This document shows, one piece after another, positions 8,237 through 16,899 of a stretch of 54,894 bases of DNA (the stretch's first letter is position 1; the number at the start of each line of letters is the position of its first letter). Both the position numbers and the translations under genes were made by a program. The notes beneath the pieces were generated by a model, which saw only the letters and a program-made list of their open reading frames with translations, did no database searches and was not told the origin of the DNA. The stretch lies in IMG/VR virus record IMGVR_UViG_3300018049_000008; one strand, 5' to 3'. The stretch is from an uncultured virus (IMG/VR IMGVR_UViG_3300018049_000008). Its lineage: Duplodnaviria > Heunggongvirae > Uroviricota > Caudoviricetes.

Positions 8237-8815
8237 TTATGTGTAAAGAGTCTTGAGTATATTATTATACTTGACTCTGTCATAGTTCATGAAGCCAGAG
8301 TATTTTTCAATACGTTGTCTGATCTTCGGCCATAGTATGGTATCAGAAATATGTTGATCCCAGTAATCAAATATTCTACACGTGTCATTGAGTATGACCA
8401 TTGTTTCGGTCATCACCTCTCCACGATTGAACATATTCAACAACTTAGGATAGTCACCGTTCTGTACCACGAATGCCTCATCGAGCGAATCGAACTGAGA
8501 CATGTCATTCTTGAACATGTATTCGAGTGACTGAAGCTTTTTCTGTGTATCACGGAATCTATGTAGACATTTGTCATCAAATAGATTGCCGACCCAGACA
8601 TCGTTGTCATCACGAATGTTACACGCTAAGAATAATTCTAAATCAGGTTTCTTACTTAGCTTATGAAAGTGGTACTTGTCATTGCGCGTTTCAAAAGACG
8701 TTCTCGTGACCTTGACACTGCCACGATATTTAAAGTAATCGTACTTCTCGTTTTTGAAATGGAGCTTGATGGCAAGAAACTTCTTATAAGCATCATACGC
8801 GTCCATATAAATCAA
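8237..8815 (-). CDS. gp59: Helicase loader gp59
   Basis: AY..FLAIKLHF....YDYFKY.G...F..R.DKY.F.KL; between gp33 and gp32. Confidence 0.9.
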   Translation of the reverse strand: MIYMDAYDAYKKFLAIKLHFKNEKYDYFKYRGSVKVTRTSFETRNDKYHFHKLSKKPDLELFLACNIRDDNDVWVGNLFDDKCLHRFRDTQKKLQSLEYMFKNDMSQFDSLDEAFVVQNGDYPKLLNMFNRGEVMTETMVILNDTCRIFDYWDQHISDTILWPKIRQRIEKYSGFMNYDRVKYNNILKTLYT

Positions 8816-9051
8816 ATTGGTAGCCTTGAAGTTTTTTGTAAATAATTTAATTCCTCAGCCTCTTCTTGTAGTTTGGCTTTGAGGACCACATTCTTCTTAA
8901 TATATTTCGCAATAGATTCGATCTCCACCTCATGCTTATCGCAATAGTGAATGATGGCATCCATATAATCGACGCCACCCTCTCTAATCTTTTCTATTTC
9001 TTGTAATATATCTTTTAAGCCAGCCGAATCGTCTATCGTCTGGGCCATCAT
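8812..9051 (-). CDS. gp33: Late transcription coactivator gp33
   Basis: YMDAIIHYC....EIE......LK.KL..EA..LNYL...LPI. Confidence 0.9.
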   Translation of the reverse strand: MMAQTIDDSAGLKDILQEIEKIREGGVDYMDAIIHYCDKHEVEIESIAKYIKKNVVLKAKLQEEAEELNYLQKTSRLPI

Positions 9052-9302
9052 TTTACTCGACTCTGAATATCCTTGATCATATTCGCTTTCGTCATACGAC
9101 GATCGAGATCAACACCAAGATTTTCGCGAGTCCATTCTTCAATCTGTACCTTTGTCATCTTACCTAGATTAGGTACTTCGAGTTGAGATTCTTCTGGTGT
9201 TTCTTCTGCAGGTGGTTCAGAACCAGTCCAAAAGTCGACGAGTGTTGGAAGGGCGACATAAGCGACGCACGCAACCAATAGAAGTAGCAACACAAATTCC
9301 AT
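9048..9302 (-). CDS. Small membrane-anchored protein
   Basis: N-terminal hydrophobic helix; AGGAG RBS; late promoter at 9335-9342. Confidence 0.7.
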   Translation of the reverse strand: MEFVLLLLLVACVAYVALPTLVDFWTGSEPPAEETPEESQLEVPNLGKMTKVQIEEWTRENLGVDLDRRMTKANMIKDIQSRVK

Positions 9303-9334
9303 AATATTCTCCTGTGTGTGTTAGCGGGTGATAA

Positions 9335-9342
9335 TATTTATA
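9335..9342 (-). promoter_or_regulatory. Late promoter TATAAATA
   Basis: Exact consensus. Confidence 0.6.
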
Positions 9343-10360
9343 CTTCCATCCAATGAGGATTTTTAAGAGTCCAATCTACAACTTGCATCAAACGATCGTG
9401 TGTAGGTTTAGGTTTCCAACCAAGCTTCGCAAGTTTTTCTCCTGACAAAGCATATCTTAAATCATGACCAGGTCGTGCACTATGAAAGTCGACCATCTCA
9501 TATCTAAGTTGTTTACCTTGATAATCTGCAATTAGATGTGCTAGCGCAAGATTATCAAGTTCTGTTGGTCCTACAATATTATACTTTGGACATTTAGCAT
9601 GACCATAGTCATATTGTACTTCAAAATCATTTAAAAGTAAAAACAAACATGCGTCAGCAACATCGTGTGCATGAATATAATGTCTACTTCCAGCTTTTGT
9701 TTTCTCTGCATTACTATGTACAGTGATAGTTTCACCATCTCTAATCTTTCTAATGCACATTGGAATGTACTTTTCTGGATGTTGCCGTTCACCAAATACA
9801 TTCATCGTGTGAGTGATGATAATTGGCATGCCGTAAGTATTTTCGAAAGCAACGGCCATCTCTTCACCGGCAGCTTTACTTGCACTGTATGGATTAGTAG
9901 AATTATATCTATCATTCTCTTTATATGAGACACCTTCTGGTGCTGGACCGAACACTTCGTCCGTACTAAAATAGATAAACTTTTCTAGACTGTCCAATTG
10001 TCGTGCATAGTTCAAAATATTTGTAGTGCCAACCACATTATCCATTACAAAACTCATCGGATCTTCAATACTACGATCAACATGACTAGCTGCTGCAATA
10101 TGTGCAACATAATCAATCTTACCAATCCTTGATGCAATATGAGGATTGATTTCAGCTTTTAAATCATGATATAGTATTGTTACTCGTTTTCTTTCAGCAG
10201 GATTTAAACCTTCTAAAATTTCTTGCAAGCGATTATAGTTACCACTATAATCTAATCGATCAATGGTAACTACATCCCAATCTGTTCGTATCAATACTTC
10301 AAAAATAAAGTGGTGCGCGATAAAACCGGCACCACCCGTTACTAATATTCTTTTATTCAA
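9338..10360 (-). CDS. rfbB: dTDP-glucose 4,6-dehydratase-like NAD-dependent epimerase/dehydratase
   Basis: TGGAGFIA, AA.SHVDRSI, STDEVFG, PYSASKA, RPGHDLRY. Confidence 0.88.
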   Translation of the reverse strand: MNKRILVTGGAGFIAHHFIFEVLIRTDWDVVTIDRLDYSGNYNRLQEILEGLNPAERKRVTILYHDLKAEINPHIASRIGKIDYVAHIAAASHVDRSIEDPMSFVMDNVVGTTNILNYARQLDSLEKFIYFSTDEVFGPAPEGVSYKENDRYNSTNPYSASKAAGEEMAVAFENTYGMPIIITHTMNVFGERQHPEKYIPMCIRKIRDGETITVHSNAEKTKAGSRHYIHAHDVADACLFLLLNDFEVQYDYGHAKCPKYNIVGPTELDNLALAHLIADYQGKQLRYEMVDFHSARPGHDLRYALSGEKLAKLGWKPKPTHDRLMQVVDWTLKNPHWMEV

Positions 10361-11352
10361 GCAGCCTCCGCATATTCAACAGCCAGACCCAGTGCTTCGA
10401 TGTTGCGGTTCTTGTTGTAACCATACCAAGTTGACTTTAGACGTGAGTCATTAGAGACACCAAGAGTGTGGTTAGTCATATAAGTTACAGCGTTGTACGC
10501 TGACCACCAAGTACCGCGACCAAACTCAGCACCGGGCTGGGTGTTGACCACTTCAAGTGCTTCGCGCGCATTACGTGAAACACCTGCATTTTTTCCAGAT
10601 TTAAAGGAGTTCATTAACTCTTCGAAAGAGACAACGTTATTATTCTTAGTTGTCATTGGGAATACACGATTGAAGTATTCGAACAACTTCTCTTCAGTAT
10701 AACGCTTAGAACCTATGAACTCAGCAGCTTCTTTATAGGTATTCATTTGCTTCGAAGCTTGATCCAAGGCCATCTGTACTTTCTCAACATCAAACTCTTG
10801 ACGGTGATTTAGTGAGATACCAAGTGAAGCCTTGCCGTCCAAGGCCATTGACAGGGTGTTGTTGCACACCACACGAGTGGGAGTGAATCGAACATCGACT
10901 CCGCGACCATAGTTATGAGGATTAGAAAGCAGGAGGTAAGATTCGACTTCGTCTTTGCCACCGAATAACGTAAACGTCTCGTTGACTTTTGCCAAAGCCC
11001 AGACAATCTTACCATCCTGAAGTGAACCAGCGGTATGCATTTCCATACCACCGGCTTTGACATAATCGTCAAAGAAGTTAAAGGCATCATCGTTCTGAAC
11101 AGGAATCCACTGATCGCCGACGACGTCAAGGATCTTATTATCAGATGAACGTACAAGTGCCTGCTTACCCGGAACTTTCATGTCACCAACGTACATGTCT
11201 TCCTTCGATACTGACCAATCCAGACCAGCTGCAACTTGCATTTCTTTTGGAGTCAGGTCGTCTGATACGCGAACACCGAGGCCGTGCCAAGGAGTTTCAC
11301 CAGCGTATGCCATTTGAGCTTGACCATTGATGATTTCGAGATTATGTGCCAT
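10357..11352 (-). CDS. DUF932-family phage/plasmid protein
   Basis: MAY.GETPWHGLG...AGLDW.V...QN..AF.F...TAGSL..GK.VW.LAK...TP.RVVCNNTL; start at ATG 11352. Confidence 0.85.
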   Translation of the reverse strand: MAHNLEIINGQAQMAYAGETPWHGLGVRVSDDLTPKEMQVAAGLDWSVSKEDMYVGDMKVPGKQALVRSSDNKILDVVGDQWIPVQNDDAFNFFDDYVKAGGMEMHTAGSLQDGKIVWALAKVNETFTLFGGKDEVESYLLLSNPHNYGRGVDVRFTPTRVVCNNTLSMALDGKASLGISLNHRQEFDVEKVQMALDQASKQMNTYKEAAEFIGSKRYTEEKLFEYFNRVFPMTTKNNNVVSFEELMNSFKSGKNAGVSRNAREALEVVNTQPGAEFGRGTWWSAYNAVTYMTNHTLGVSNDSRLKSTWYGYNKNRNIEALGLAVEYAEAA

Positions 11353-11397
11353 AATATATTTTCCTGTGTTGTGTGTGTTTTCCAATTTACATGTACC

Positions 11398-11426
11398 ATT
11401 CTACTACGTTTTAGAAGAGATGTACA
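11398..11426 (-). promoter_or_regulatory. Early promoter TGTACA-N17-TAGAAT
   Basis: Motif family member upstream of the DUF932 gene. Confidence 0.75.
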
Positions 11427-11429
11427 CAG

Positions 11430-11645
11430 TTATTTCGCAAAATATGAATTATTTACATCTTTAGCTAGGGTGACAAACTTACGGCGAGCTCTATCAAACA
11501 TACGTGCTTTCGGAAAGACAATCCATTCTTTTGTGCCAGTCTTACGATAAGCAACCATTTTGCCTGCGTCGTTGATAGCATATGTATGATTAGGGACCGT
11601 GTATTCAGTCTCGTTCCACTCGGTAATTTCTTTAAGAATTTTCAT
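11430..11645 (-). CDS. Hypothetical protein
   Basis: ORF in operon-like packing. Confidence 0.7.
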   Translation of the reverse strand: MKILKEITEWNETEYTVPNHTYAINDAGKMVAYRKTGTKEWIVFPKARMFDRARRKFVTLAKDVNNSYFAK

Positions 11646-12372
11646 CTATTAATTTAATTCCTCTAATATAATTTGATCGATCAATTTCTGGCTTATGAGA
11701 TTTCCACTGATAATATGGAGCATAACCGATATTACATGTACCACATCGTTCGAAAGGTTCATCACCAAATATAGAATCGATTTGTGCATGATCAGTCCAT
11801 TCTGCCATGTTAGTTCTTTCTGCATGTGTAATTGCACATCTATATACGCCTTCAGTTGTAGCAACACGACAATCATCTTTCATATAACAATTATCCCAAT
11901 TGAATCTTGGTTCTGCCCATTCTTCTCGGATGCCATGCGTATTAAAGCTATCTCTAGTCCAAATTTCGAAATTTTCAGGCCATTCATAATCTGATATCTT
12001 TTTTGATTCAGGTGCTGCCAGTAAATAATCAGTAATAAACACCCGATCTAACTTTTCAAGTATCTTCATATTTTTTGAAGTTAGATTTGTTCCGTTAGTA
12101 ACCACAGACAAATAATGACATCTATCGCTCAACATTAAATAATCAACAATTTCACTGAACTGTGGATGTAATGTTGGTTCGCCGCCCATCAATAAAATTT
12201 CTTCTAAAATAATATCATTATCACTTAAAACTTTACAGAATTGCTGCACATCATCGAGTGACATGTCACTAATAGCGATTCCTCTATCAGGATAATCTAA
12301 AGTACTACAGCCAACACAATGTAAATTGCATTTGGTGATGATATTTAAATTAAATTTACCTTCAAGAAGCAT
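11632..12372 (-). CDS. Radical SAM protein with C-terminal auxiliary Cys cluster
   Basis: CNLHCVGC, GGEPTLHP, VTNG; C-terminal C-x5-C...C...CGTC; start reassigned to ATG 12372. Confidence 0.85.
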   Translation of the reverse strand: MLLEGKFNLNIITKCNLHCVGCSTLDYPDRGIAISDMSLDDVQQFCKVLSDNDIILEEILLMGGEPTLHPQFSEIVDYLMLSDRCHYLSVVTNGTNLTSKNMKILEKLDRVFITDYLLAAPESKKISDYEWPENFEIWTRDSFNTHGIREEWAEPRFNWDNCYMKDDCRVATTEGVYRCAITHAERTNMAEWTDHAQIDSIFGDEPFERCGTCNIGYAPYYQWKSHKPEIDRSNYIRGIKLIDENS

Positions 12373-12727
12373 TACGTAATTCTTTGATAAGGTTGTTGAG
12401 ACCATCAGTCGTTTGAAGTGATTCGACAAGCTGTTGCTTAGCTCGAGTCATTGTAGCATTGATAGCAGGATCGATACGATTGTCGACATACGAAGACTTG
12501 GCTTCGCGGGATGTCAGGCGATCATAAAGATTGACGATAGTCTTGGCATGCTTATGAGCTATCCATACGTTACGACCATTATCAGTTCGAACCCAATGCA
12601 ATGGACTCGGATTGCCAATTGAATCGACGATCTTACGTAGCTGCATGATCATAGTTTCTTGCTTGAAATCAGGCGCCAAAATTTCGTCATGATCGACGTC
12701 AATTTTCAATTTAGTTCTTCGCTTCAT
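12362..12727 (-). CDS. Hypothetical protein
   Basis: ORF track; AAGGAAG RBS-like sequence. Confidence 0.7.
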   Translation of the reverse strand: MKRRTKLKIDVDHDEILAPDFKQETMIMQLRKIVDSIGNPSPLHWVRTDNGRNVWIAHKHAKTIVNLYDRLTSREAKSSYVDNRIDPAINATMTRAKQQLVESLQTTDGLNNLIKELRNAS

Positions 12728-13025
12728 ATTCTTCCTTAGTATACCATTTTACTGAATAAGTACCATCTTCATCGAGGTACATACGACTGATTCTCTCAGC
12801 ATGACTGAATGCAGTTTCTTGTGCGTGTGGATTGTACTGATTATACAACTCAGCCGCGGCCGCGCCGTCGCCGGCAATACGAGCCAATTCCATGAGATTA
12901 TTTATTTCTCGCGATTGCATATTACCGCGTGTCCAAGCTCGGTGGTCATCGGCATAGTTGTAAAACCAATCATGTGCTCGAAGCTTCGATTCGAGATTCG
13001 GCATTTCAGTAGTCAAGATAACCAC
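12711..13025 (-). CDS. Hypothetical protein (start uncertain: 13025, 13016 or 13004)
   Basis: HDWFYNYADDHRAWTRG motif typical of small phage proteins. Confidence 0.7.
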   Translation of the reverse strand: MVILTTEMPNLESKLRAHDWFYNYADDHRAWTRGNMQSREINNLMELARIAGDGAAAAELYNQYNPHAQETAFSHAERISRMYLDEDGTYSVKWYTKEEYEAKN

Positions 13026-13224
13026 CTCCTTGCTCAGCCCAATCGCTGATTTCAGCGAGGGTAGAAATTTGCATACCCTCCTTTAACTCGTCTAGCAAGA
13101 CGAGACAAACACGGCCTGTTGCACCGCGAGCAAAATAGCCAACGGCCTGCTCATAGGTGACATCAGGGTTACCGAGGATACCTCGCTCGGTGTAACCATC
13201 GTACTCTTTCAAACGTGCAATCAT
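13006..13224 (-). CDS. Hypothetical protein
   Basis: AGGAG RBS; tight packing. Confidence 0.7.
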   Translation of the reverse strand: MIARLKEYDGYTERGILGNPDVTYEQAVGYFARGATGRVCLVLLDELKEGMQISTLAEISDWAEQGGGYLDY

Positions 13225-13225
13225 A

Positions 13226-13522
13226 TTAAACTCCTAATGCTTCTAAAACGTTAGCGACAGCAATTCGATTTTTGCCGCCGATGTGCCATTCGTATTCAAC
13301 ACCACTGCGAACACGTTGGCCACCATCATAATCTTTCCAATTGTAGATGGTAGCTACTGTACCATCGTCGAATCGCAGGTTCCACTCAACATCGACTTTA
13401 TCATCGCCTGAGGTTTCGTCATACGTAGGATGACCGAATACAGCTTCGAGCTGATGAATAGTAGCCGCAACATAACCTTGAAGTGAAGTACCACAAATTG
13501 TAGAATCTTGAATAAAGTTCAT
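13226..13522 (-). CDS. Conserved phage hypothetical protein
   Basis: TSLQGY...FG.P...KVDVEW...TIYNWK...WHIGG; AGGAG RBS. Confidence 0.75.
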   Translation of the reverse strand: MNFIQDSTICGTSLQGYVAATIHQLEAVFGHPTYDETSGDDKVDVEWNLRFDDGTVATIYNWKDYDGGQRVRSGVEYEWHIGGKNRIAVANVLEALGV

Positions 13523-13524
13523 GA

Positions 13525-13689
13525 TTAAACTCCTGTGTAGAGAAGGCCGTAGCCGAGTAGTAAACCAAGCAGCGCACCCATTGCGCTACACGCAAGGATA
13601 CCAAGAATGAAATCTTTGAGCACTTTTTCACCTCGGGTTTGTGCTACCGTGCGGTAGTCTTTTTTAGCGTAATCTTTCATAACTGACAT
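13525..13689 (-). CDS. 54-aa membrane protein, first gene after early cassette 1
   Basis: Not in ORF track: MSVMKDYAKKDYRTVAQTRGEKVLKDFILGILACSAMGALLGLLLGYGLLYTGV; GGAG RBS. Confidence 0.65.
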   Translation of the reverse strand: MSVMKDYAKKDYRTVAQTRGEKVLKDFILGILACSAMGALLGLLLGYGLLYTGV

Positions 13690-13704
13690 GTTTATCTCCA
13701 TTTG

Positions 13705-13868
13705 ACAAGTGCTATTCTATCAAGCAGGCATGGAAATGTACACCTCTAAGTTATTGATTTTAAAGGAGTTTTTTGAGAGTTGTAACTTATTGATTTTGTT
13801 ACGATTTTTTTCGAACTTTTTTCACTTTTTTTAGACTATTTTCGTCTAAGTATATAACTTTTTGATCT
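13705..13868 (-). repeat. Duplicated early-promoter cassette, copy 1
   Basis: Promoter 13714-13742, IHF-consensus sites 13747-13759 and 13783-13795, 56-bp block 13813-13868 identical to 42924-42979. Confidence 0.92.
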
Positions 13869-14505
13869 AAGTCCACGGCGGGCCCATAAACCAGCCCACC
13901 AGAGAGCGCCGGACGCCTCTTTTGACAGGCATTACCCTATGCCATAGATGGCTTGGAAATACAACCATTGTCCCTTTCTGAGTATACTCAGGGACTAGAG
14001 ACATATTGGTAATGCGATGCCAGATCTCATTTGGACCGGAGCGCTGATGATCTTCAATAAGCAATTCTCCACCTTCATATTCAGTAGGATCACTGAGTAG
14101 AAGTGTAAAACTCAGCTTTCGAATCAAACCTGCATTCTCATCATCTTCAGGCATTGGATCTGCAAAAGAATCCGGATGCCAATCATAATGACCACCGGGC
14201 CCATATTGAGTGTATTGATAAGGTTGTACGGTGTTAATTTTCCAATCACCCCATCCAGCAGCTTCAGCAGCTTGACCCATTACAGAATTTAACGAAGTAT
14301 AAATTCCATCAAAATTTAAATCATATTTCTCAGCTTGTTCAGGAGAAAACCATGTTACTGTCGATAATCGAGTAATTCCTGCTGTAGCATCTTTGCGGCC
14401 GACTTTAGCTTGCATATCATCAAGCATTTCACCTATTCGAACAATTTCGTCGCACACATCATTTGCAACTGCTGCAGGTGATACCGCGTAAGCGTTCTTA
14501 TGCAT
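13867..14505 (-). CDS. 2OG-Fe(II) oxygenase (PKHD type)
   Basis: HYDWHPD, RKLS..LLLSD...YEGGEL, HRV.PV..G.R.SLVGW. Confidence 0.9.
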   Translation of the reverse strand: MHKNAYAVSPAAVANDVCDEIVRIGEMLDDMQAKVGRKDATAGITRLSTVTWFSPEQAEKYDLNFDGIYTSLNSVMGQAAEAAGWGDWKINTVQPYQYTQYGPGGHYDWHPDSFADPMPEDDENAGLIRKLSFTLLLSDPTEYEGGELLIEDHQRSGPNEIWHRITNMSLVPEYTQKGTMVVFPSHLWHRVMPVKRGVRRSLVGWFMGPPWT

Positions 14506-15176
14506 TAAAAATCCTTTAGTTTACCTTTATGATATAAATCAAAGAATTTATGAGTCATTGATTTCCAATTATCAAGTTCTTCAATGAATACCAATGAACC
14601 TTCACCACCACCGACTGCCATAAGAACAACAATCTGATCGATCTTCATGCCGTAGTGTTCTTCGACCATTTGTGCATAGGCTGCGCCTTGCATAAAGTAA
14701 GTAGTAATTTCTTCTTTTGTTTTCCATCGCTTCGATGTTTTAAAATCTAGCACAGTATTTTTACCGGCATATCTACAAATAAGATCGGCTGTGCCAGCAG
14801 TCTTAAGTACATCAGAATACATACGAAGTTCAACACCATAGATTTCATCTACGTTCTGATCTAATTGTGGTTGAATGGTTCTAAATGTATTCAATGCAAT
14901 AGGATTGACATCTTCTTTCATTTGGCCAAGGACATAATCCTCAGCAACATGGTGCACTGCAGTACCAGCACGTGATGCCTGTGTTGAAATCTTATTGGCT
15001 ACGTCAGCGCCGACGCGTTTGCGCCATTCATAGATTTTTTTACGATTAAGAGCACCAAGGGCCGTAGTAACCGATGGGTATTTTTCTCCACTTTCGGTTA
15101 CATACAGCCTTTGGCCATTTTCGTTGATTTGTTTGAGTGTCTTAGGCTCAAATGGTTTGTGTATAAATGTTTTCAT
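14505..15176 (-). CDS. PD-(D/E)xK exonuclease (Cas4/RecB-like phage family)
   Basis: YPSVTT, GT.VH..AE, AGTADL...DFKTS, YF.Q..AYA; next to phoH. Confidence 0.85.
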   Translation of the reverse strand: MKTFIHKPFEPKTLKQINENGQRLYVTESGEKYPSVTTALGALNRKKIYEWRKRVGADVANKISTQASRAGTAVHHVAEDYVLGQMKEDVNPIALNTFRTIQPQLDQNVDEIYGVELRMYSDVLKTAGTADLICRYAGKNTVLDFKTSKRWKTKEEITTYFMQGAAYAQMVEEHYGMKIDQIVVLMAVGGGEGSLVFIEELDNWKSMTHKFFDLYHKGKLKDF

Positions 15177-15185
15177 AATATAAAG

Positions 15186-15214
15186 ATTCTATCACATCAT
15201 ATTCGATTTGTACA
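15186..15214 (-). promoter_or_regulatory. Early promoter TGTACA-N17-TAGAAT
   Basis: Motif family member. Confidence 0.7.
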
Positions 15215-15219
15215 TATAT

Positions 15220-15999
15220 TTATGCTACTGCCCGAATATCCACGATGTGAGATCGATCATAGAGATTACTCTCAGCGATAATAAATTCTTTCACAAATCC
15301 TGAACGTACAATATCTTCTATGTCAAACTCGATTAATGTCATCGATGGTACATCTTTAAATACGTTCATAGCTTGGACTAGACCAGATTGCTGATTATAT
15401 CTTGTGCTTGTAAGGTCGTCTTGTAAAACATCGCCACAAATAATGATTCTGCTGTTTTCTCCAACGCGAGTGAGTACTGTTTTTAGCTCCATATAACTGA
15501 GGTTTTGTGCTTCGTCGAGGATGATGACCGCGTTGTCAATTGTAGTGCCTCGAAGAAACGATGTTGATTGAAATTCTATTAGCATCTTTTGTTTAAGTAT
15601 TTCATAGGCGTCACCACGGCCAAAAATTTCAGATGCAATTGCTTTATAAGGTGCTTGATAGTTTGCCATCTTCTGTGCTTCTGATCCTGGCAGAAACCCC
15701 ATGTCTTTAGATGGCTGAGCTGAACGAATGACTACGATTTTTTCGTATGTATTCTCCTTATATTCAAACAAATCGTAGAGTGCGAGGTAAAGGGAGAGGA
15801 ACGTTTTGCCAGTTCCCGGTGAACCGTGTAGGATCAAATGTTGTCCTTCATCATATGCTTCGAAAGTCTTTTGCTGATTTTCGGTTTTAGGATGAATCGT
15901 TGCTAGTTTCATGCCTTTCTGAGGTACTCGAGTCATGTCATTGGAATCGAGGATTCCTTGTTTCTTGAGCTGACGTCTTTGTCTTTTTGAAAGTTGCAT
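15220..15999 (-). CDS. phoH: PhoH family ATPase
   Basis: G.PGTGKT, MGFLPG, FLRGTT, DEAQN, CGD..Q.DL, DIVRSGFV. Confidence 0.95.
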   Translation of the reverse strand: MQLSKRQRRQLKKQGILDSNDMTRVPQKGMKLATIHPKTENQQKTFEAYDEGQHLILHGSPGTGKTFLSLYLALYDLFEYKENTYEKIVVIRSAQPSKDMGFLPGSEAQKMANYQAPYKAIASEIFGRGDAYEILKQKMLIEFQSTSFLRGTTIDNAVIILDEAQNLSYMELKTVLTRVGENSRIIICGDVLQDDLTSTRYNQQSGLVQAMNVFKDVPSMTLIEFDIEDIVRSGFVKEFIIAESNLYDRSHIVDIRAVA

Positions 16000-16061
16000 A
16001 GATAACCCTTTTTGTTGTTAGTGAATTTAAGTTATCATAATATAAGGGTTGTATAGCCTCC

Positions 16062-16298
16062 TTAAAATGTGTTTATAGTTGAGCCTTTTCCTGAAGCCTT
16101 TTTAATAGATTTCAGGACATCACGAAAGCCGTCGTCAGGTTTTGATTTCCCGACGCCGGTTCCACGAATAGTTCCAAATGATTGAATTTGCCGCGTAAGA
16201 TGAGGATTCGCTGCTGTAAACGAATCCATTTCTGAGATCTTGTGGATGTGCTCCTCTAGCTCACCAGTCTCAGTATTTCGATAGACATAGGTTGGCAT
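16062..16298 (-). CDS. FmdB-like small protein (Cys-less)
   Basis: MPTY.Y....TGE...KPD.GF.DVL..IKK. Confidence 0.65.
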   Translation of the reverse strand: MPTYVYRNTETGELEEHIHKISEMDSFTAANPHLTRQIQSFGTIRGTGVGKSKPDDGFRDVLKSIKKASGKGSTINTF

Positions 16299-16302
16299 GA
16301 TT

Positions 16303-16470
16303 TTATTTATAAATTTCGGCTTCTACAAGCTGCTCAATATTACCACTTCTAAAAAGATTTTTTACTCTTTTTTCGACGCGTTGATTATTTTCTTTTACGT
16401 TCTTCCTATTACCGTCACTATAACGAGCTTCTTCTCGACGATGATTACGATCACGCTTAGACTTACTCAT
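16303..16470 (-). CDS. 55-aa basic hypothetical protein
   Basis: Not in ORF track: MSKSKRDRNHRREE...EAEIYK; ATGA overlap with upstream ORF. Confidence 0.6.
   Translation of the reverse strand: MSKSKRDRNHRREEARYSDGNRKNVKENNQRVEKRVKNLFRSGNIEQLVEAEIYK
16304..16311 (-). promoter_or_regulatory. Late promoter TATAAATA
   Basis: Exact consensus 5 nt before ATG 16298. Confidence 0.7.
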
Positions 16471-16898
16471 TTGACAAAATCCTCTCCATACGCATCACAT
16501 ACAAGTTTTTTAGTAATACCTTTATATGGCATCTTCTTATCTTTCATCGACAACAATAGTTTAGCATCATCTGGATGAACACTTTCCAACATCTGAATAA
16601 ATGCTTGTTCACGTTTCATCTGACGCATTTGAGCACTGCGTTGATTTTTCGTAAAGATATAAAACTTTCTAAACTCTTGATATAAACCTCCAGTATTGTC
16701 CAGCATATCTTCCGGTTCATTATATGGTGGATCACCGGGTGGAAGCTCAAATATAATACGGTCATCGAAAACAGCCTGTAGAACAGCTTTTAAAGGACCA
16801 TTAGATGATTGATCCTGTAGTTTCTTAATTTTTTCTTTTCGACCCGGTGTATCCTCGATTTCCTTAAGGATGGCACTGATCATTTTTGGTTGTGGCAT
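16467..16898 (-). CDS. Conserved T4-like hypothetical protein (rnh-adjacent)
   Basis: LPPG.PPY...L..E.RK.Y.F...KRE..FIQMLE..H..DA.LL. Confidence 0.8.
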   Translation of the reverse strand: MPQPKMISAILKEIEDTPGRKEKIKKLQDQSSNGPLKAVLQAVFDDRIIFELPPGDPPYNEPEDMLDNTGGLYQEFRKFYIFTKNQRSAQMRQMKREQAFIQMLESVHPDDAKLLLSMKDKKMPYKGITKKLVCDAYGEDFVK

Positions 16899-16899
16899 T

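Noticed and set aside
14505..15176. Cas4-like nuclease as evidence of a CRISPR-Cas system
   Set aside because: No repeat-spacer array or other cas genes seen; this exonuclease is a usual phoH neighbour in T4-like phages
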